A DNA stretch of 64,000 nt from contig CAZYPC010000008.1 of assembly GCA_964649165.1 (NCBI GenBank), positions 9,788-73,787 of the forward strand. Reading direction: 5' to 3'. This stretch comes from an uncultured Chryseobacterium sp. (GTDB taxonomy: Bacteria; Bacteroidota; Bacteroidia; Flavobacteriales_F; PHOS-HE28). Of the stretch, positions 53,856-63,843 are shown in pieces. Numbering within the stretch: the stretch's first letter is position 1; each line of letters opens with the position of its first letter. Made by a program: the position numbers and the translations under genes. The notes under the pieces were generated by a model. It worked only from the letters and a program-made list of their open reading frames with translations. It did not search any database and was not told the DNA's origin.

Positions 53856-55295
53856 ATGAAGCGCCACCACTTCCTGCCCCTCGGTCCCCTCGCTGCCGCG
53901 CTGCTCTATTTCGCGCTGCGCCACTTGGGCCACGCGCAGGCCGCCATGGCCGGCACCGTGCTGTGGATGGCCATCTGGTGGATCAGCGAAGCGGCACCCA
54001 TTCCCGTCACGTCCATGCTGCCGATCGTGCTCTTCCCGCTGCTGGAGATCACCCGCCTGAGCACCGTGGCCGCGTTCTACGGCAAGGAGGTGATCTTCCT
54101 CTTCATCGGCGGCTTCCTGCTCGCCCTCGGGGTGGAGCGCAGCGGGCTGCACAACCGCATAGCGCTGAAGATCGTGTCGCGCATTGGCGCGTCACCTTCG
54201 CGGCTCATCCTCGGCACGCTGCTCGCCACCGGCTTTCTCAGCATGTGGATCAACAGCACCGCCGCCGTGCTGGTGATGCTGCCCATCGGCCTGAGCCTCG
54301 TGAGCCAGGCGAAGGGCCACGCGCGGCTCGGCGCGGCCCTCGCGCTCGCGGTCGCCTATGGCGCGACCATCGGCGGCATGGCCACGCCCGTGGGCACCCC
54401 GCCCAACCTGGTGATGGTCGCGCTCTGGGAACAGCAGTTCCCGCAAGACCCCCCGATCGGCTTCGGCCAATGGATGCTCTTCGGCGTACCGTACGCGCTG
54501 CTCTTCCTGCTCATCACCTGGGGACTGATGATCCACGTCCTGTTCCGCATGCCCGGGCCGGCGAGCGTGGACCGCGCGCAATTGCGAAAGGAACTCGCCG
54601 CGCTCGGGCCCGCTTCGCGCGATGAGCGGCTCAGCGGCCTGGTCTTCGCCCTCACCGCGCTGCTGTGGATCACCGGCGACCGCATCGACTTCAGCGATTC
54701 CTTCTCCTACCTCGGCTGGCGCGCGGCGCTCGGCCTGAAGGAACTCGGCGATCCGGCCGTGGGCATGATCGGCGGCCTCGCCCTGTTCATGATCCCCTCG
54801 AAGAAGGAGAAGCGATCCCTGCTCGACTGGTCCTTCGCCGAAGCGCGCATCCCGTGGGGCGTGGTGCTCCTCATCGGCAGCGGCTTCGCGATCGCCGGCG
54901 GTATCGATACCTGTGGCCTGAGCACCACCATCGGCAACGCCCTGGCGCAGTGGCGCGCCGGGTCCGAGGCGCTGCAGATCGGGGCGACGGCCACGAGCGT
55001 CACCCTGCTCAGTGAACTCGGCTCGAACACCGCGGTGGCGAGCCTGGTGCTGCCCATCCTCGCGCGCACCGCGGAAGTCTGGAACATGGCGCCGCTGTCC
55101 CTGCTCATTCCCGCCACCATGGCCGCGAGCTGCGGCTTCATGCTACCCATCGCATCGCCCATGCAGGCCATCGTTTTCGCAAGCGGTCAGCTCAGTGTGA
55201 AGCAGATGGTGAAAGCCGGCGTCCTTATGGATCTCTTGGGCGTCGCACTGCTGATGCTCCTGTGGGGCTTGATCGGAAGCGCTGTGTTCGTCTGA
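53856..55295 (+). CDS. DASS/SLC13 family sodium-coupled anion symporter
   Basis: Polytopic membrane protein. WWISEAAPIPVTSMLPIVLFPLL and the SNT-type hairpin motif ELGSNTAVASL are typical of DASS transporters. Confidence 0.8.
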   Translation: MKRHHFLPLGPLAAALLYFALRHLGHAQAAMAGTVLWMAIWWISEAAPIPVTSMLPIVLFPLLEITRLSTVAAFYGKEVIFLFIGGFLLALGVERSGLHNRIALKIVSRIGASPSRLILGTLLATGFLSMWINSTAAVLVMLPIGLSLVSQAKGHARLGAALALAVAYGATIGGMATPVGTPPNLVMVALWEQQFPQDPPIGFGQWMLFGVPYALLFLLITWGLMIHVLFRMPGPASVDRAQLRKELAALGPASRDERLSGLVFALTALLWITGDRIDFSDSFSYLGWRAALGLKELGDPAVGMIGGLALFMIPSKKEKRSLLDWSFAEARIPWGVVLLIGSGFAIAGGIDTCGLSTTIGNALAQWRAGSEALQIGATATSVTLLSELGSNTAVASLVLPILARTAEVWNMAPLSLLIPATMAASCGFMLPIASPMQAIVFASGQLSVKQMVKAGVLMDLLGVALLMLLWGLIGSAVFV

Positions 55296-55456
55296 CCGGG
55301 GTCAGGATCCCAAGGAGCCCTGCCCACGTCTCAACGCGCTAAAATCCGCGTTCCGCATGGGCTTCATAACGGCGACATCTGGTCGGCGTTCGAGCAGCTC
55401 CTTCATCCCAGAATCGTAGGCAAACCAAGAATGATAGCAATTGCATTTCGTTGCTT

Positions 55457-55473
55457 TGTGAGAACATCTCACA
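55457..55473. promoter_or_regulatory. perfect palindrome tgtgaga-aca-tctcaca upstream of the MarR gene (candidate operator)
   Basis: Read directly from the sequence. It lies in an AT-rich stretch 31 nt upstream of the ATG at 55504 and is immediately followed by ttgtac. Confidence 0.45.
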
Positions 55474-55503
55474 TTTGTACCGTCAACAAAAACAACGATT
55501 GAC

Positions 55504-56127
55504 ATGATACCACCAACCCCCATCACCGCCCAGCATCCCATGGCCTACATGCTTCAGCCTGAGATGCTTACACTTGAACCCGCCTTTGAAGCTACCGAGC
55601 TCGACTACATGGGTAGTGGGCTGTTCGGGATTTTCTCGAACTTTACACAGTTGACGAACACAACCATTGAAATGAGCAACGAAACGAACGCACTTGCCTG
55701 GGCTCTCCCCCAAACGGCTACCGCCATTGTCCGCCGCCTCCACCAAGCGCTGGAACAAGCCGGCATCGATCTGATCCCGGCCCAAGTGATGTTCCTGGTC
55801 CACATCTCCACCAATGACGACCCCGTGCAAACGTTGATGGCCACCCAGATGGGCAAGGACAAGAGTGCCGTGCTCCGCCAGGTGGACCTCTTCGAGCAAC
55901 GCGGCTGGGTGGAACGCAAGATCGACCCGAATGATCGGCGCCGGAAGCGCCTGATCCTGACCCCGGCGGGCGAAGAAGTCCTGGCCCGCGGCCGTGGCGT
56001 GATGGAAATGGTCTTCGGCCACGCCTGCGATGGCATCCCATCGGCTGACATCGCCATCTGCATCCGCGTACTGACCCAGCTCCGCGAACGCGTGATGCCC
56101 CTCCTGCAGGTGCAACAGCAGGGCTGA
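55504..56127 (+). CDS. MarR family transcriptional regulator
   Basis: The winged-helix region is LIPAQVMFLVHISTNDDPVQTLMATQMGKDKSAVLRQVDLFEQRGWVERKIDPNDRRRKRLILTPAG. An alternative shorter start at 55672 (MSNETNAL) would give a typical 151-aa MarR. Confidence 0.75.
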   Translation: MIPPTPITAQHPMAYMLQPEMLTLEPAFEATELDYMGSGLFGIFSNFTQLTNTTIEMSNETNALAWALPQTATAIVRRLHQALEQAGIDLIPAQVMFLVHISTNDDPVQTLMATQMGKDKSAVLRQVDLFEQRGWVERKIDPNDRRRKRLILTPAGEEVLARGRGVMEMVFGHACDGIPSADIAICIRVLTQLRERVMPLLQVQQQG

Positions 56128-56160
56128 TCCACTGACATAACAACCTCCATCCTAACGCTC

Positions 56161-57489
56161 ATGAAAACCATGACGATAGCCACCGCTTTGCTCTGCGCGA
56201 CCGTAAGCGTTGCCCAACAAAGCCACACGATGAGCCTGAAAGAGGCCATCGACTACGGCCGCAAGAACAGCCCCGCGCTCATCATCGCGGCCAACGACCA
56301 GGGGATCGCAAAGGCGCAAGCCAAGGAAGTCCGCTCAGCGCTGCTTCCGCAGATCTACACCAGTGTACAGGCCGACGACTACATCAAGCGGCAGACCACG
56401 TACCTGCCCGCCGGGGTTTTCGGGGAGGAACCAACGCCCGTGGAACTCGGCACCCAGTTCGCCACGTCCGTAACGCTCGTGAACGAGCAGACCATCGTCG
56501 ACTTCGCCACCTTCCAGAAGATCAAGGCCACTGTGCCGAACATCGAGATGGCCCGCCTGCGCGGTACGCAGACCGAAGAACAGCTCATCTACGACGCGTC
56601 CAGGTCATACGCGCAGGCACTCATCTATCAGGAGCAGGTACGCCTGCTGGAAAAAAACCAGCAGCAATACGATGAGCTCGTACCCATCCTGCGCCTTCGG
56701 CTGGAGAAAGGTGTGGCACAGCAGCTCGAAGTGGACCGCGTGGAGGTCACGCGCCGCAACATCATCTCCCAGCGGACCGTGGCCCAAGCCAACTACGATC
56801 TGGCGATCGCCCAGTTGAAGCGGGTGATCGGGATGCCTCTCCATGATCCCCTGCGCTTGACCGACACCATCACGCTCGCCGACGGACTGAAACAACCCAC
56901 GCCGACGAATTTCTCCCTGATGAACCTGACCGGTCACCGCCTGAGCGAACAGTCGATCCTGCTGAAGGACCTCGAACTCAAGCGCCGGCGCGCGCTCGCG
57001 CTGCCCACGCTCAGCACGTACAGCCGCTTTGGCGCGCTCGCCCAAGGCGATGAGCTCGGCGGGCATCTGGAGGATTGGAACAGCTACAACAGCATCGGAC
57101 TGAAGATCAACGTGCCCCTGTTCTCCGGCTTCCGCCGCGCTTCTCAGGTCAAGCAGGCCGAGCTGGACCTCGCGAACTCACGCCAGCAGATGAGGCTGAA
57201 CGAACTGGGCTGGGAACTCGACCATCGCAGCGCCGATACGCGTCTGACGGCTTCACGCAGCACGGTGACCAACGATGAAGAGAACCTCCACCTCGCCGAA
57301 CAGGTCTTCGCCAATACCAACCTGCAATACCAACAAGGCCTCGCACCGCTCAGCGATCTGCTCAACGCCGACTACCAGTTGCAGGAAGCACGCAACAACT
57401 ACACCACCTCGCTGCTCAACCATTACATCGCCACGATCGACGTGGAGAAGGCCAAGGGCAGCCTCATCGACTTCGCACAGACCCTCTGA
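56161..57489 (+). CDS. TolC family outer-membrane efflux protein
   Basis: 442 aa with a signal peptide and OEP repeats. It is the first structural gene of the second efflux operon. Confidence 0.85.
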   Translation: MKTMTIATALLCATVSVAQQSHTMSLKEAIDYGRKNSPALIIAANDQGIAKAQAKEVRSALLPQIYTSVQADDYIKRQTTYLPAGVFGEEPTPVELGTQFATSVTLVNEQTIVDFATFQKIKATVPNIEMARLRGTQTEEQLIYDASRSYAQALIYQEQVRLLEKNQQQYDELVPILRLRLEKGVAQQLEVDRVEVTRRNIISQRTVAQANYDLAIAQLKRVIGMPLHDPLRLTDTITLADGLKQPTPTNFSLMNLTGHRLSEQSILLKDLELKRRRALALPTLSTYSRFGALAQGDELGGHLEDWNSYNSIGLKINVPLFSGFRRASQVKQAELDLANSRQQMRLNELGWELDHRSADTRLTASRSTVTNDEENLHLAEQVFANTNLQYQQGLAPLSDLLNADYQLQEARNNYTTSLLNHYIATIDVEKAKGSLIDFAQTL

Positions 57490-57510
57490 TCACCACAACA
57501 CTCCCATACC

Positions 57511-58569
57511 ATGAAACGCAAACTCATCCTGCCCATCATCATCGGACTGACGGTGCTGGGCTTCGGCTTCAAACTGGCCGCGAACAAGAAGAAGATCAAC
57601 GCGGCGAACCAGCCGGTGGACCGCTCCGCCTTCGCCATCCCGGTAACCACGCTGACCGCCGGAGAGACCGCCGTAGGAGGGACCTTCAGCGTGCCCGGTG
57701 AACTGCGACCACGCGACCAAGCCCAGGTAATGGTGAATGCCGCCGGCAAGCTGGCGTACCTGAACGTGGAGCTCGGATCGAAGGTGACCAAGGGACAGGT
57801 CATCGGCAGCCTCGACGTGAAACAGAAGCAGCTCGACCTCGCCGCCGCTGAACTCACGATGAACAAATTGAAGAAGGACGACGCCCGCTACCGCGACCTG
57901 TACGCCGGCAAAGCCACCAGCGAAGCGAGCTACGACGATGTCCACTTCAACTACGAGAACGCCAAGGTGAAAGTGGATCTCATCCGCCAGCAGATCCATG
58001 ATGCGCAAGTGATCGCCCCGGTCGACGGGATCGTGGTGAAGAAGAACATCGAGGTGGGCGAATACGTGAATCCAGGGATGATGATCGTGGAGATCGTCGA
58101 CGTCAGCCGCCTCAAGGCCGATGTGCATGTGAGCGAACACGACGCGTATCGCCTGAAACCCGGCCAGCCCGTGACCATCACCAGCGATGTATGCCCCGGG
58201 GAAAGCTTCAAGGGCCAGGTCGCCTTTGTGAGCCCACAAGGCGATGCCAGCCACAACTACGACGTGGAGGTGGCCGTGGAGAACACCGCGAAGCACGCGC
58301 TCAAGAGCGGCACATTCATCAACGCCACCTTCGACACCGGAGCCGCCGGCAACGCGATCCTGGTACCGAAGAGCGCGCTCGTCGATGGCCTGAAGAACCC
58401 GTTCGTTTACCTCGTCGAAGGCGACCGTGCCGTGACCCGTCAGCTCACCCTCGGGCGCGAACTCGGCGAACAGGTGGAGGTCCTGAAAGGACTCAACATC
58501 GGCGATGTCGTCATCCTCAGCGGTCAACTCAACCTCAACAACGGCAGCCTGGTGCAGGTCGCCCAATAA
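57511..58569 (+). CDS. efflux RND transporter periplasmic adaptor subunit
   Basis: 352 aa with an N-terminal anchor and a coiled-coil. IAPVDGIVVKKNIEVGEYV is the lipoyl motif. Confidence 0.9.
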   Translation: MKRKLILPIIIGLTVLGFGFKLAANKKKINAANQPVDRSAFAIPVTTLTAGETAVGGTFSVPGELRPRDQAQVMVNAAGKLAYLNVELGSKVTKGQVIGSLDVKQKQLDLAAAELTMNKLKKDDARYRDLYAGKATSEASYDDVHFNYENAKVKVDLIRQQIHDAQVIAPVDGIVVKKNIEVGEYVNPGMMIVEIVDVSRLKADVHVSEHDAYRLKPGQPVTITSDVCPGESFKGQVAFVSPQGDASHNYDVEVAVENTAKHALKSGTFINATFDTGAAGNAILVPKSALVDGLKNPFVYLVEGDRAVTRQLTLGRELGEQVEVLKGLNIGDVVILSGQLNLNNGSLVQVAQ

Positions 58570-58578
58570 CGAACAGTC

Positions 58579-61500
58579 ATGTCACTAACGGAGATCTCCC
58601 TCAAACGGCCGCTGCTCATCACGGTGATGTTCGTCACCCTGATCCTCTTCGGCTTCATCGGCTACAAGCAGCTCAACTACGACCTCCTCCCCTCCTTCGA
58701 GTCGAACATCCTCGCGGTGAACACCAAGTACCGCGGGGCCTCGCCCGAAGAGATCCAGAACACCATCACCAAGCCCCTCGAGGATGCGGTGAGCGCGATC
58801 GAAGGCGTGGACATGATCGCTTCCAGCTCCCGCGAAGGGATGTCCTCGATCACCGTCACCCTCAAGACCAACGTGAGCGTCGGTGATGCACAACGCGATG
58901 CGGAGCGCAAGATCGATGCGATCCGAAGCACGTTGCCGGAGGACGCGGACGACCCCACCGTGAGCCGCTTCAGCACCTCCGAACTGCCCATCCTGCGCAT
59001 CAGCACCTCATCGAACCTTTCACCGGGCGCGTTCCACGAATTGCTCGACAACCGCGTGCTGCCACAGCTCAGCAACGTGGAAGGCGTGGGCTCGGTCACG
59101 CTGATCGGCGCGCAGGAGCGCGAGGTGCAGGTGGTGATGAACAACGACAAGCTGAAGGCCTACGGCATCAGCGCGGCCGTCGTGGCCCAGGCCGTGGGCG
59201 CGAACAGCAGCACCTTCCCCGCAGGCAATGTGGAGAGCGCGAACGATCGCCTCTCCATCAACCTCGAGGCACGCGCCATGAAGGTGGAGGACCTGCGCAA
59301 CACGGTGATCCGCGAGAACCCCGATGGATCGCGCATCCTGTTGCAGGACGTGGCCGCCGTGACCGATGGGCTCACCGAAGCCATCACCTTCAGTCGCATC
59401 AACGGCAAACCGGGGGTGGGCCTGCAGATCATCAAGCAGAAGGATGCGAACGGTGTGGAGGTCGCGGCCGGCGTAAAGGCCAAGCTCGCCGATCTGACCG
59501 AGGAACTGAAGAGCGCCGGGTTCAACTACAGCATCGCCATCGACCAGAGCACCTACACGCTCGCTTCCGCTGATGCGGTGATGTTCGACCTCGTGCTCGC
59601 CGTGCTCATCGTGGGACTGGTCATGCTCTTCTTCCTGCACAGCGTACGCAGCTCGCTCTTCGTGCTCGTGGCCCTGCCCAGCGCCATGATCCCCACCTTC
59701 ATCATGATGTACGTCTTCGGCTTCTCGCTGAACCTGATGACGCTGATGGCGCTCTCGCTCGTCGTTGGCATCCTGGTTGACGATAGCATCGTGGTGCTGG
59801 AGAACATCACGCGCCACCTCGAGATGGGCAAGACACGTTGGAGCGCCGCGCTCGAAGGCCGTAACGAGATCGGCTTCACCGCCGTCGCGATCACGCTCGT
59901 GGACGTGGTGGTGTTCCTGCCCATGGCCTTCACCGGCGGCCTCATCGGCAACATCCTGCGCGAGTTCTCCCTGGTCGTCGTATGCAGTACGTTGATGAGT
60001 TTGCTCGTCGCCTTCACGCTCACGCCGCTGCTCGCTTCGCGTTGGGGACAGGTCGATCACCTGAGCAAGGCCACGCTCTGGGGCCGCATCAGCCTCGGTT
60101 TCGAGGGCATCATCGAAGGGCTCAAGAACCGGTATGCCAACGCGCTCCATTGGGGCCTGCGCCACAAGCGCTGGGTGCTGGGCGGGACGCTCGTGCTCCT
60201 CATCGGGTCCTTCGCGCTGGTGGGTGCCGGCTTCATCGGCGCCACCTTCATCAAGCCCAGCGATCGCGGTGAATTCCTCGTGCAGCTCGAGACCTCGTCC
60301 GGTTCCAATCTCGCACAGACCGACCGCCTCACGCAGGAGGCCGAACGCATCCTGCTGAAGCATCCCGAAGTGGTGAACGTGTTCACCACCGTGGGCACGC
60401 AAAGCGGCGCGATGGGCACCTCCTCCGGGAATGCGAACATCAGTGAGATCAACGTGAAGCTCGTGGGTCTCCATGAACGCACGATGTCCAGCGAGCAGTT
60501 CGGGGCCATGGTGCGCGACGAGGTGGGCAAGATCCCCGGACTGAAGGTGACCATCGTGGAAACGAACATCACCGGCAGCGCCAACACGCCCATCGAGATC
60601 GCGGTGAAGAGCACGGACCTCGACACCCTCCGCTTCGCAGCGGCCAAACTGCGCGACATCGTCCGTAGCACGCCCGGCACCGACTACGTTGAATTCAGTA
60701 CCAAGTCGCCCAAGCCGGAAGTGAAGATCGAGCTCGACAAGGAGCGCATGGCGAACCTGGGCTTCAATAGCGGCGAGGTCGGCGCGGCGGTGCAGACGGC
60801 TTTCCGCGGCAATGACGACTTCAAGTTCAAAGAGCGCGGCGAAGAGTATCCCATCAATGTGCGGATGGAGAAGGTGGACCGTCAGAACGTAGCCAGCGTG
60901 CGCGGTCTGATGGTGACCAACTCACAGGGTGCAACGGTGCGCTTGGACCAGCTCGCGAACGTGTACGAGACCATGGGCAGCTCCGTGCTGGAGCGCACTG
61001 ATCGACTGAACTCGATCAAGATAACCAGCGCGGCCGTCGGTCGTCCCAGTGGTACGATCGTGGAGGAGATCAAGCAGAAGCTCGCCAAGGATCCGCTGCC
61101 CGCCGGTGTGAGCGTGGAATACCTAGGCGACGCGGAAAAGCAGGCTGATGCCTTCGGAAGTCTCGGTCAGGCGCTGCTGCTCGGCGTCATCCTCGTGTAC
61201 CTGATCATGGTCGCACTGTACGAGAACGCGATCTACCCCTTCGTGGTGCTCTTCTCCATCCCGGTGGCCATCATCGGTGCTCTGCTCGCCCTGGCGCTCA
61301 CGATGCAACCCATGAGCATCTTCGTTCTGGTCGGTATCATCATGTTGCTCGGTCTGGTGAGCAAGAACGGCATCCTCATCGTCGACTTCGCTAACCAGCT
61401 GCGTGCTGAGGGCAAGTCGCTCATTGAAGCACTCATCGAAGCCGGCAAGGAACGCCTGCGCCCGATCCTGATGACCACCGTGGCGATGATCCTCGGCATG

Positions 61501-61713
61501 CTGCCCCTGGCGATGGCCACGGGCGCCGGTTCCGAAGTGAAAGGTGGAATGGCCTGGGCATTGATCGGGGGGCTCACCAGTTCGATGGTCCTCACCCTCT
61601 TCGTGGTGCCCTCGATGTACTACATCATCACTCGACTGATGGAGCGCGTGAGCGCCTGGCGGAAGTCGCGCAAGAACGACGAGAAGGGAACGGTGATCGT
61701 GGCCATGGCCTGA
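58579..61713 (+). CDS. efflux RND transporter permease subunit (AcrB/HAE1-like)
   Basis: 1044 aa with the canonical 12-TM RND layout. Typical segments include GILVDDSIVVLENI and VSKNGILIVDFANQL. Confidence 0.92.
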   Translation: MSLTEISLKRPLLITVMFVTLILFGFIGYKQLNYDLLPSFESNILAVNTKYRGASPEEIQNTITKPLEDAVSAIEGVDMIASSSREGMSSITVTLKTNVSVGDAQRDAERKIDAIRSTLPEDADDPTVSRFSTSELPILRISTSSNLSPGAFHELLDNRVLPQLSNVEGVGSVTLIGAQEREVQVVMNNDKLKAYGISAAVVAQAVGANSSTFPAGNVESANDRLSINLEARAMKVEDLRNTVIRENPDGSRILLQDVAAVTDGLTEAITFSRINGKPGVGLQIIKQKDANGVEVAAGVKAKLADLTEELKSAGFNYSIAIDQSTYTLASADAVMFDLVLAVLIVGLVMLFFLHSVRSSLFVLVALPSAMIPTFIMMYVFGFSLNLMTLMALSLVVGILVDDSIVVLENITRHLEMGKTRWSAALEGRNEIGFTAVAITLVDVVVFLPMAFTGGLIGNILREFSLVVVCSTLMSLLVAFTLTPLLASRWGQVDHLSKATLWGRISLGFEGIIEGLKNRYANALHWGLRHKRWVLGGTLVLLIGSFALVGAGFIGATFIKPSDRGEFLVQLETSSGSNLAQTDRLTQEAERILLKHPEVVNVFTTVGTQSGAMGTSSGNANISEINVKLVGLHERTMSSEQFGAMVRDEVGKIPGLKVTIVETNITGSANTPIEIAVKSTDLDTLRFAAAKLRDIVRSTPGTDYVEFSTKSPKPEVKIELDKERMANLGFNSGEVGAAVQTAFRGNDDFKFKERGEEYPINVRMEKVDRQNVASVRGLMVTNSQGATVRLDQLANVYETMGSSVLERTDRLNSIKITSAAVGRPSGTIVEEIKQKLAKDPLPAGVSVEYLGDAEKQADAFGSLGQALLLGVILVYLIMVALYENAIYPFVVLFSIPVAIIGALLALALTMQPMSIFVLVGIIMLLGLVSKNGILIVDFANQLRAEGKSLIEALIEAGKERLRPILMTTVAMILGMLPLAMATGAGSEVKGGMAWALIGGLTSSMVLTLFVVPSMYYIITRLMERVSAWRKSRKNDEKGTVIVAMA

Positions 61714-61728
61714 TCGCTCGACGAGAAC

Positions 61729-62544
61729 CTACCAACGATAAGCGACATGCGCACCGAGCACATCCGGCGAGACGAGGGGAACCACGCTGAGACGCTCGGT
61801 GCGCGTGCGCCGATGCAGATGGGGAATGAGGTATCCGGCCGCACCGCCCATGAGGGCTCCGACGATCACATCACTGGGGAAATGCTTGCCGCCCTGGATC
61901 CGGTAGTAACCGACAAGTGCGGGAGGAACGAGCGCCGCTCCATAGACCAACCAACGCTTTCCCCCGAGCTCGGGATGCAGATCGTCGATCACCTTCGCCA
62001 TGAAGAAGGTGGCCACCGCCGTGTTCGCCGTGTGCCCGCTGTAGAAGGAGTTCACGTTGCGCTGATCCGTGCGTTGGCCCAGCGTGGCCGTGGGGATATA
62101 AGCGATGGGCCGATAGCGCGGAAAGGCCGACGTGCTCAACGTCTGTACGCCTCCGGTGATCAATGCCGACTCCACGTAGAGGGTGGCGATCGCGAGCCAC
62201 TCGCGCCTGACCCGCCTGTCCAGGCCCAACAACAACGGAGCCCCGGCGGAAATGTTCAGCACGAGGTCCGAGCTGCCCAGCGCACGGTCCTGACCGGTCG
62301 GGTCGACGCGCAAGGCGGCACGATCGAATGCCGGCACGCGGCTCTCGTCGAGTGCCAGGACCAGATCCTCCGAGAGCGGGAGCCGATCGTCCTGCAGCCG
62401 AAGACCGATGAACGTCGCCGCGAAACCCCCGACGCACAGCGCCGCGTCCATCCACGGTCGTACGCGATACACACTGCTGTCCCGTTGGGCCATGCCCGAT
62501 ACCACCGTCAATAAGAGCCCTACGCCGATCACGCCACGCTTCAT
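61729..62544 (-). CDS. PAP2 family phosphatase
   Basis: Motifs SFYSGHTANTA (PSGH-like) and GGKHFPSDVIVGALMG (SRxxxxxHxxxD-like). I placed the start at MKRGVIGVGLLLTVVSGMAQ (62544). Confidence 0.8.
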   Translation of the reverse strand: MKRGVIGVGLLLTVVSGMAQRDSSVYRVRPWMDAALCVGGFAATFIGLRLQDDRLPLSEDLVLALDESRVPAFDRAALRVDPTGQDRALGSSDLVLNISAGAPLLLGLDRRVRREWLAIATLYVESALITGGVQTLSTSAFPRYRPIAYIPTATLGQRTDQRNVNSFYSGHTANTAVATFFMAKVIDDLHPELGGKRWLVYGAALVPPALVGYYRIQGGKHFPSDVIVGALMGGAAGYLIPHLHRRTRTERLSVVPLVSPDVLGAHVAYRW

Positions 62545-62617
62545 TTCACGAAGAAAGCCGGTCAGCGCCATTCCACCCGAACATGAGCCATCTTTATGCT
62601 CACCCCCAACGGAAGCC

Positions 62618-63808
62618 ATGAGCCCCTTCGCCAAGCGCTTCTTCGCCACACGCACACCGGAAGAGTTCAAGGAACTCTCGCGCAGCGTGGTCTATCGCCA
62701 TCCGATCCGTACGGCCATCCTCTCCCAGATCGGCTTCTGGCTCATCGCCAATTCACTCCTCCTCCTCACGGCCTGGCAGGTGTTGTACCGCGCCTCCCTG
62801 GTCTATCCCACCCTGATCGTTCCACCGCTGGGAGTGATGCTCACTGCGGCATGCACGGCGGCGGTGATCTATGGCACCCTCCTCGGGGGGGTGGATATCT
62901 GGTTGACGTCCTGGTTGAGCGGTGACCTCCCCCTTGGATCCCGCATCCTCATCAAGAGTGTCATCTATACGCTGGTGCTCGTAGCCGTCATGGCCCTGGT
63001 GGTCACCGTGGTGCGATCGCTCGTGGGTGAGGAATACGCCGATGCGCACGGCATGATCGCGGGCTCGAAGACGGGGTACGGCTTCCTGTGGGTGATCGTT
63101 CCCTACGCCCTGGTGTGCAATACGCTGATGTCCGCCTTGAAGCAGATCGATGCCAGTTTCGGCCCGGGCGTGCTGCCCGCCATGCTGCTCGGCCGCTACC
63201 GACGTCCCGTGCGTGAGCATCGCGTCTTCATGTTCATGGACCTGCGCTCATCCACGAAGTACGCCGAGCAACTCGGGCATGAACGCTACAGCGTGATGAT
63301 CCGCGACCTCTTCTCCAGCATGGACGAGGCCATCCGCCGCTATGATGCCGAGGTGTACCAATACATCGGGGATGAGGTCGTGTTCACCTGGAACTCGGAG
63401 AAAGGAACCCGCGACCACCGCTGCCTGCTCTTCTTCTTCGCCATCGAGGACATCATCAGGGGACGTCGTGACCATTACCTGAAGGAGTATGGCCTCGTGC
63501 CCGAGTTCAAGGCCGGCCTCCATCTTGGCGAAGTGACCACCGTGGAGATCGGTACCATCAAACGCGAGATCGCCTACCACGGGGACGCGGTGAACACGGC
63601 CGCACGCATCCAGGGCCTGTGCAATTCCATGGAACGCACCGTGCTCATCTCCGACGATGTGCTGCGCGCCTGTGGCGAACTGCGCGACGTGCCTGTGCGC
63701 ACAGAGGACCTGGGCAGCGTGCTGCTCAAGGGCAAGGCCACCCCCACGCTCGTACACGCCGTTTCGCGCGCGGCCCGCTGGAACGCGACGAAGCCCCCTC
63801 ATCGCTGA
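62618..63808 (+). CDS. membrane-anchored class III adenylate/guanylate cyclase
   Basis: It has about 5 N-terminal TM segments followed by the cyclase domain: VFMFMDLRSSTKYAE, YIGDEVVFTW, KAGLHLGEVTTVEIG and YHGDAVNTAARIQGL. I trimmed the start to the ATG at 62618. Confidence 0.85.
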   Translation: MSPFAKRFFATRTPEEFKELSRSVVYRHPIRTAILSQIGFWLIANSLLLLTAWQVLYRASLVYPTLIVPPLGVMLTAACTAAVIYGTLLGGVDIWLTSWLSGDLPLGSRILIKSVIYTLVLVAVMALVVTVVRSLVGEEYADAHGMIAGSKTGYGFLWVIVPYALVCNTLMSALKQIDASFGPGVLPAMLLGRYRRPVREHRVFMFMDLRSSTKYAEQLGHERYSVMIRDLFSSMDEAIRRYDAEVYQYIGDEVVFTWNSEKGTRDHRCLLFFFAIEDIIRGRRDHYLKEYGLVPEFKAGLHLGEVTTVEIGTIKREIAYHGDAVNTAARIQGLCNSMERTVLISDDVLRACGELRDVPVRTEDLGSVLLKGKATPTLVHAVSRAARWNATKPPHR

Positions 63809-63843
63809 GGGGGCCCCGCCGCTGGTTCTGGTCGAAAGGGACC

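Noticed and set aside
55302-55541. A 79-aa minus-strand ORF between the DASS transporter and the MarR gene.
   Set aside because: It spans the AT-rich promoter/operator region, has no recognisable motif, and has odd composition. At most, a roughly 34-aa C-terminal piece could be real, and I cannot support even that.
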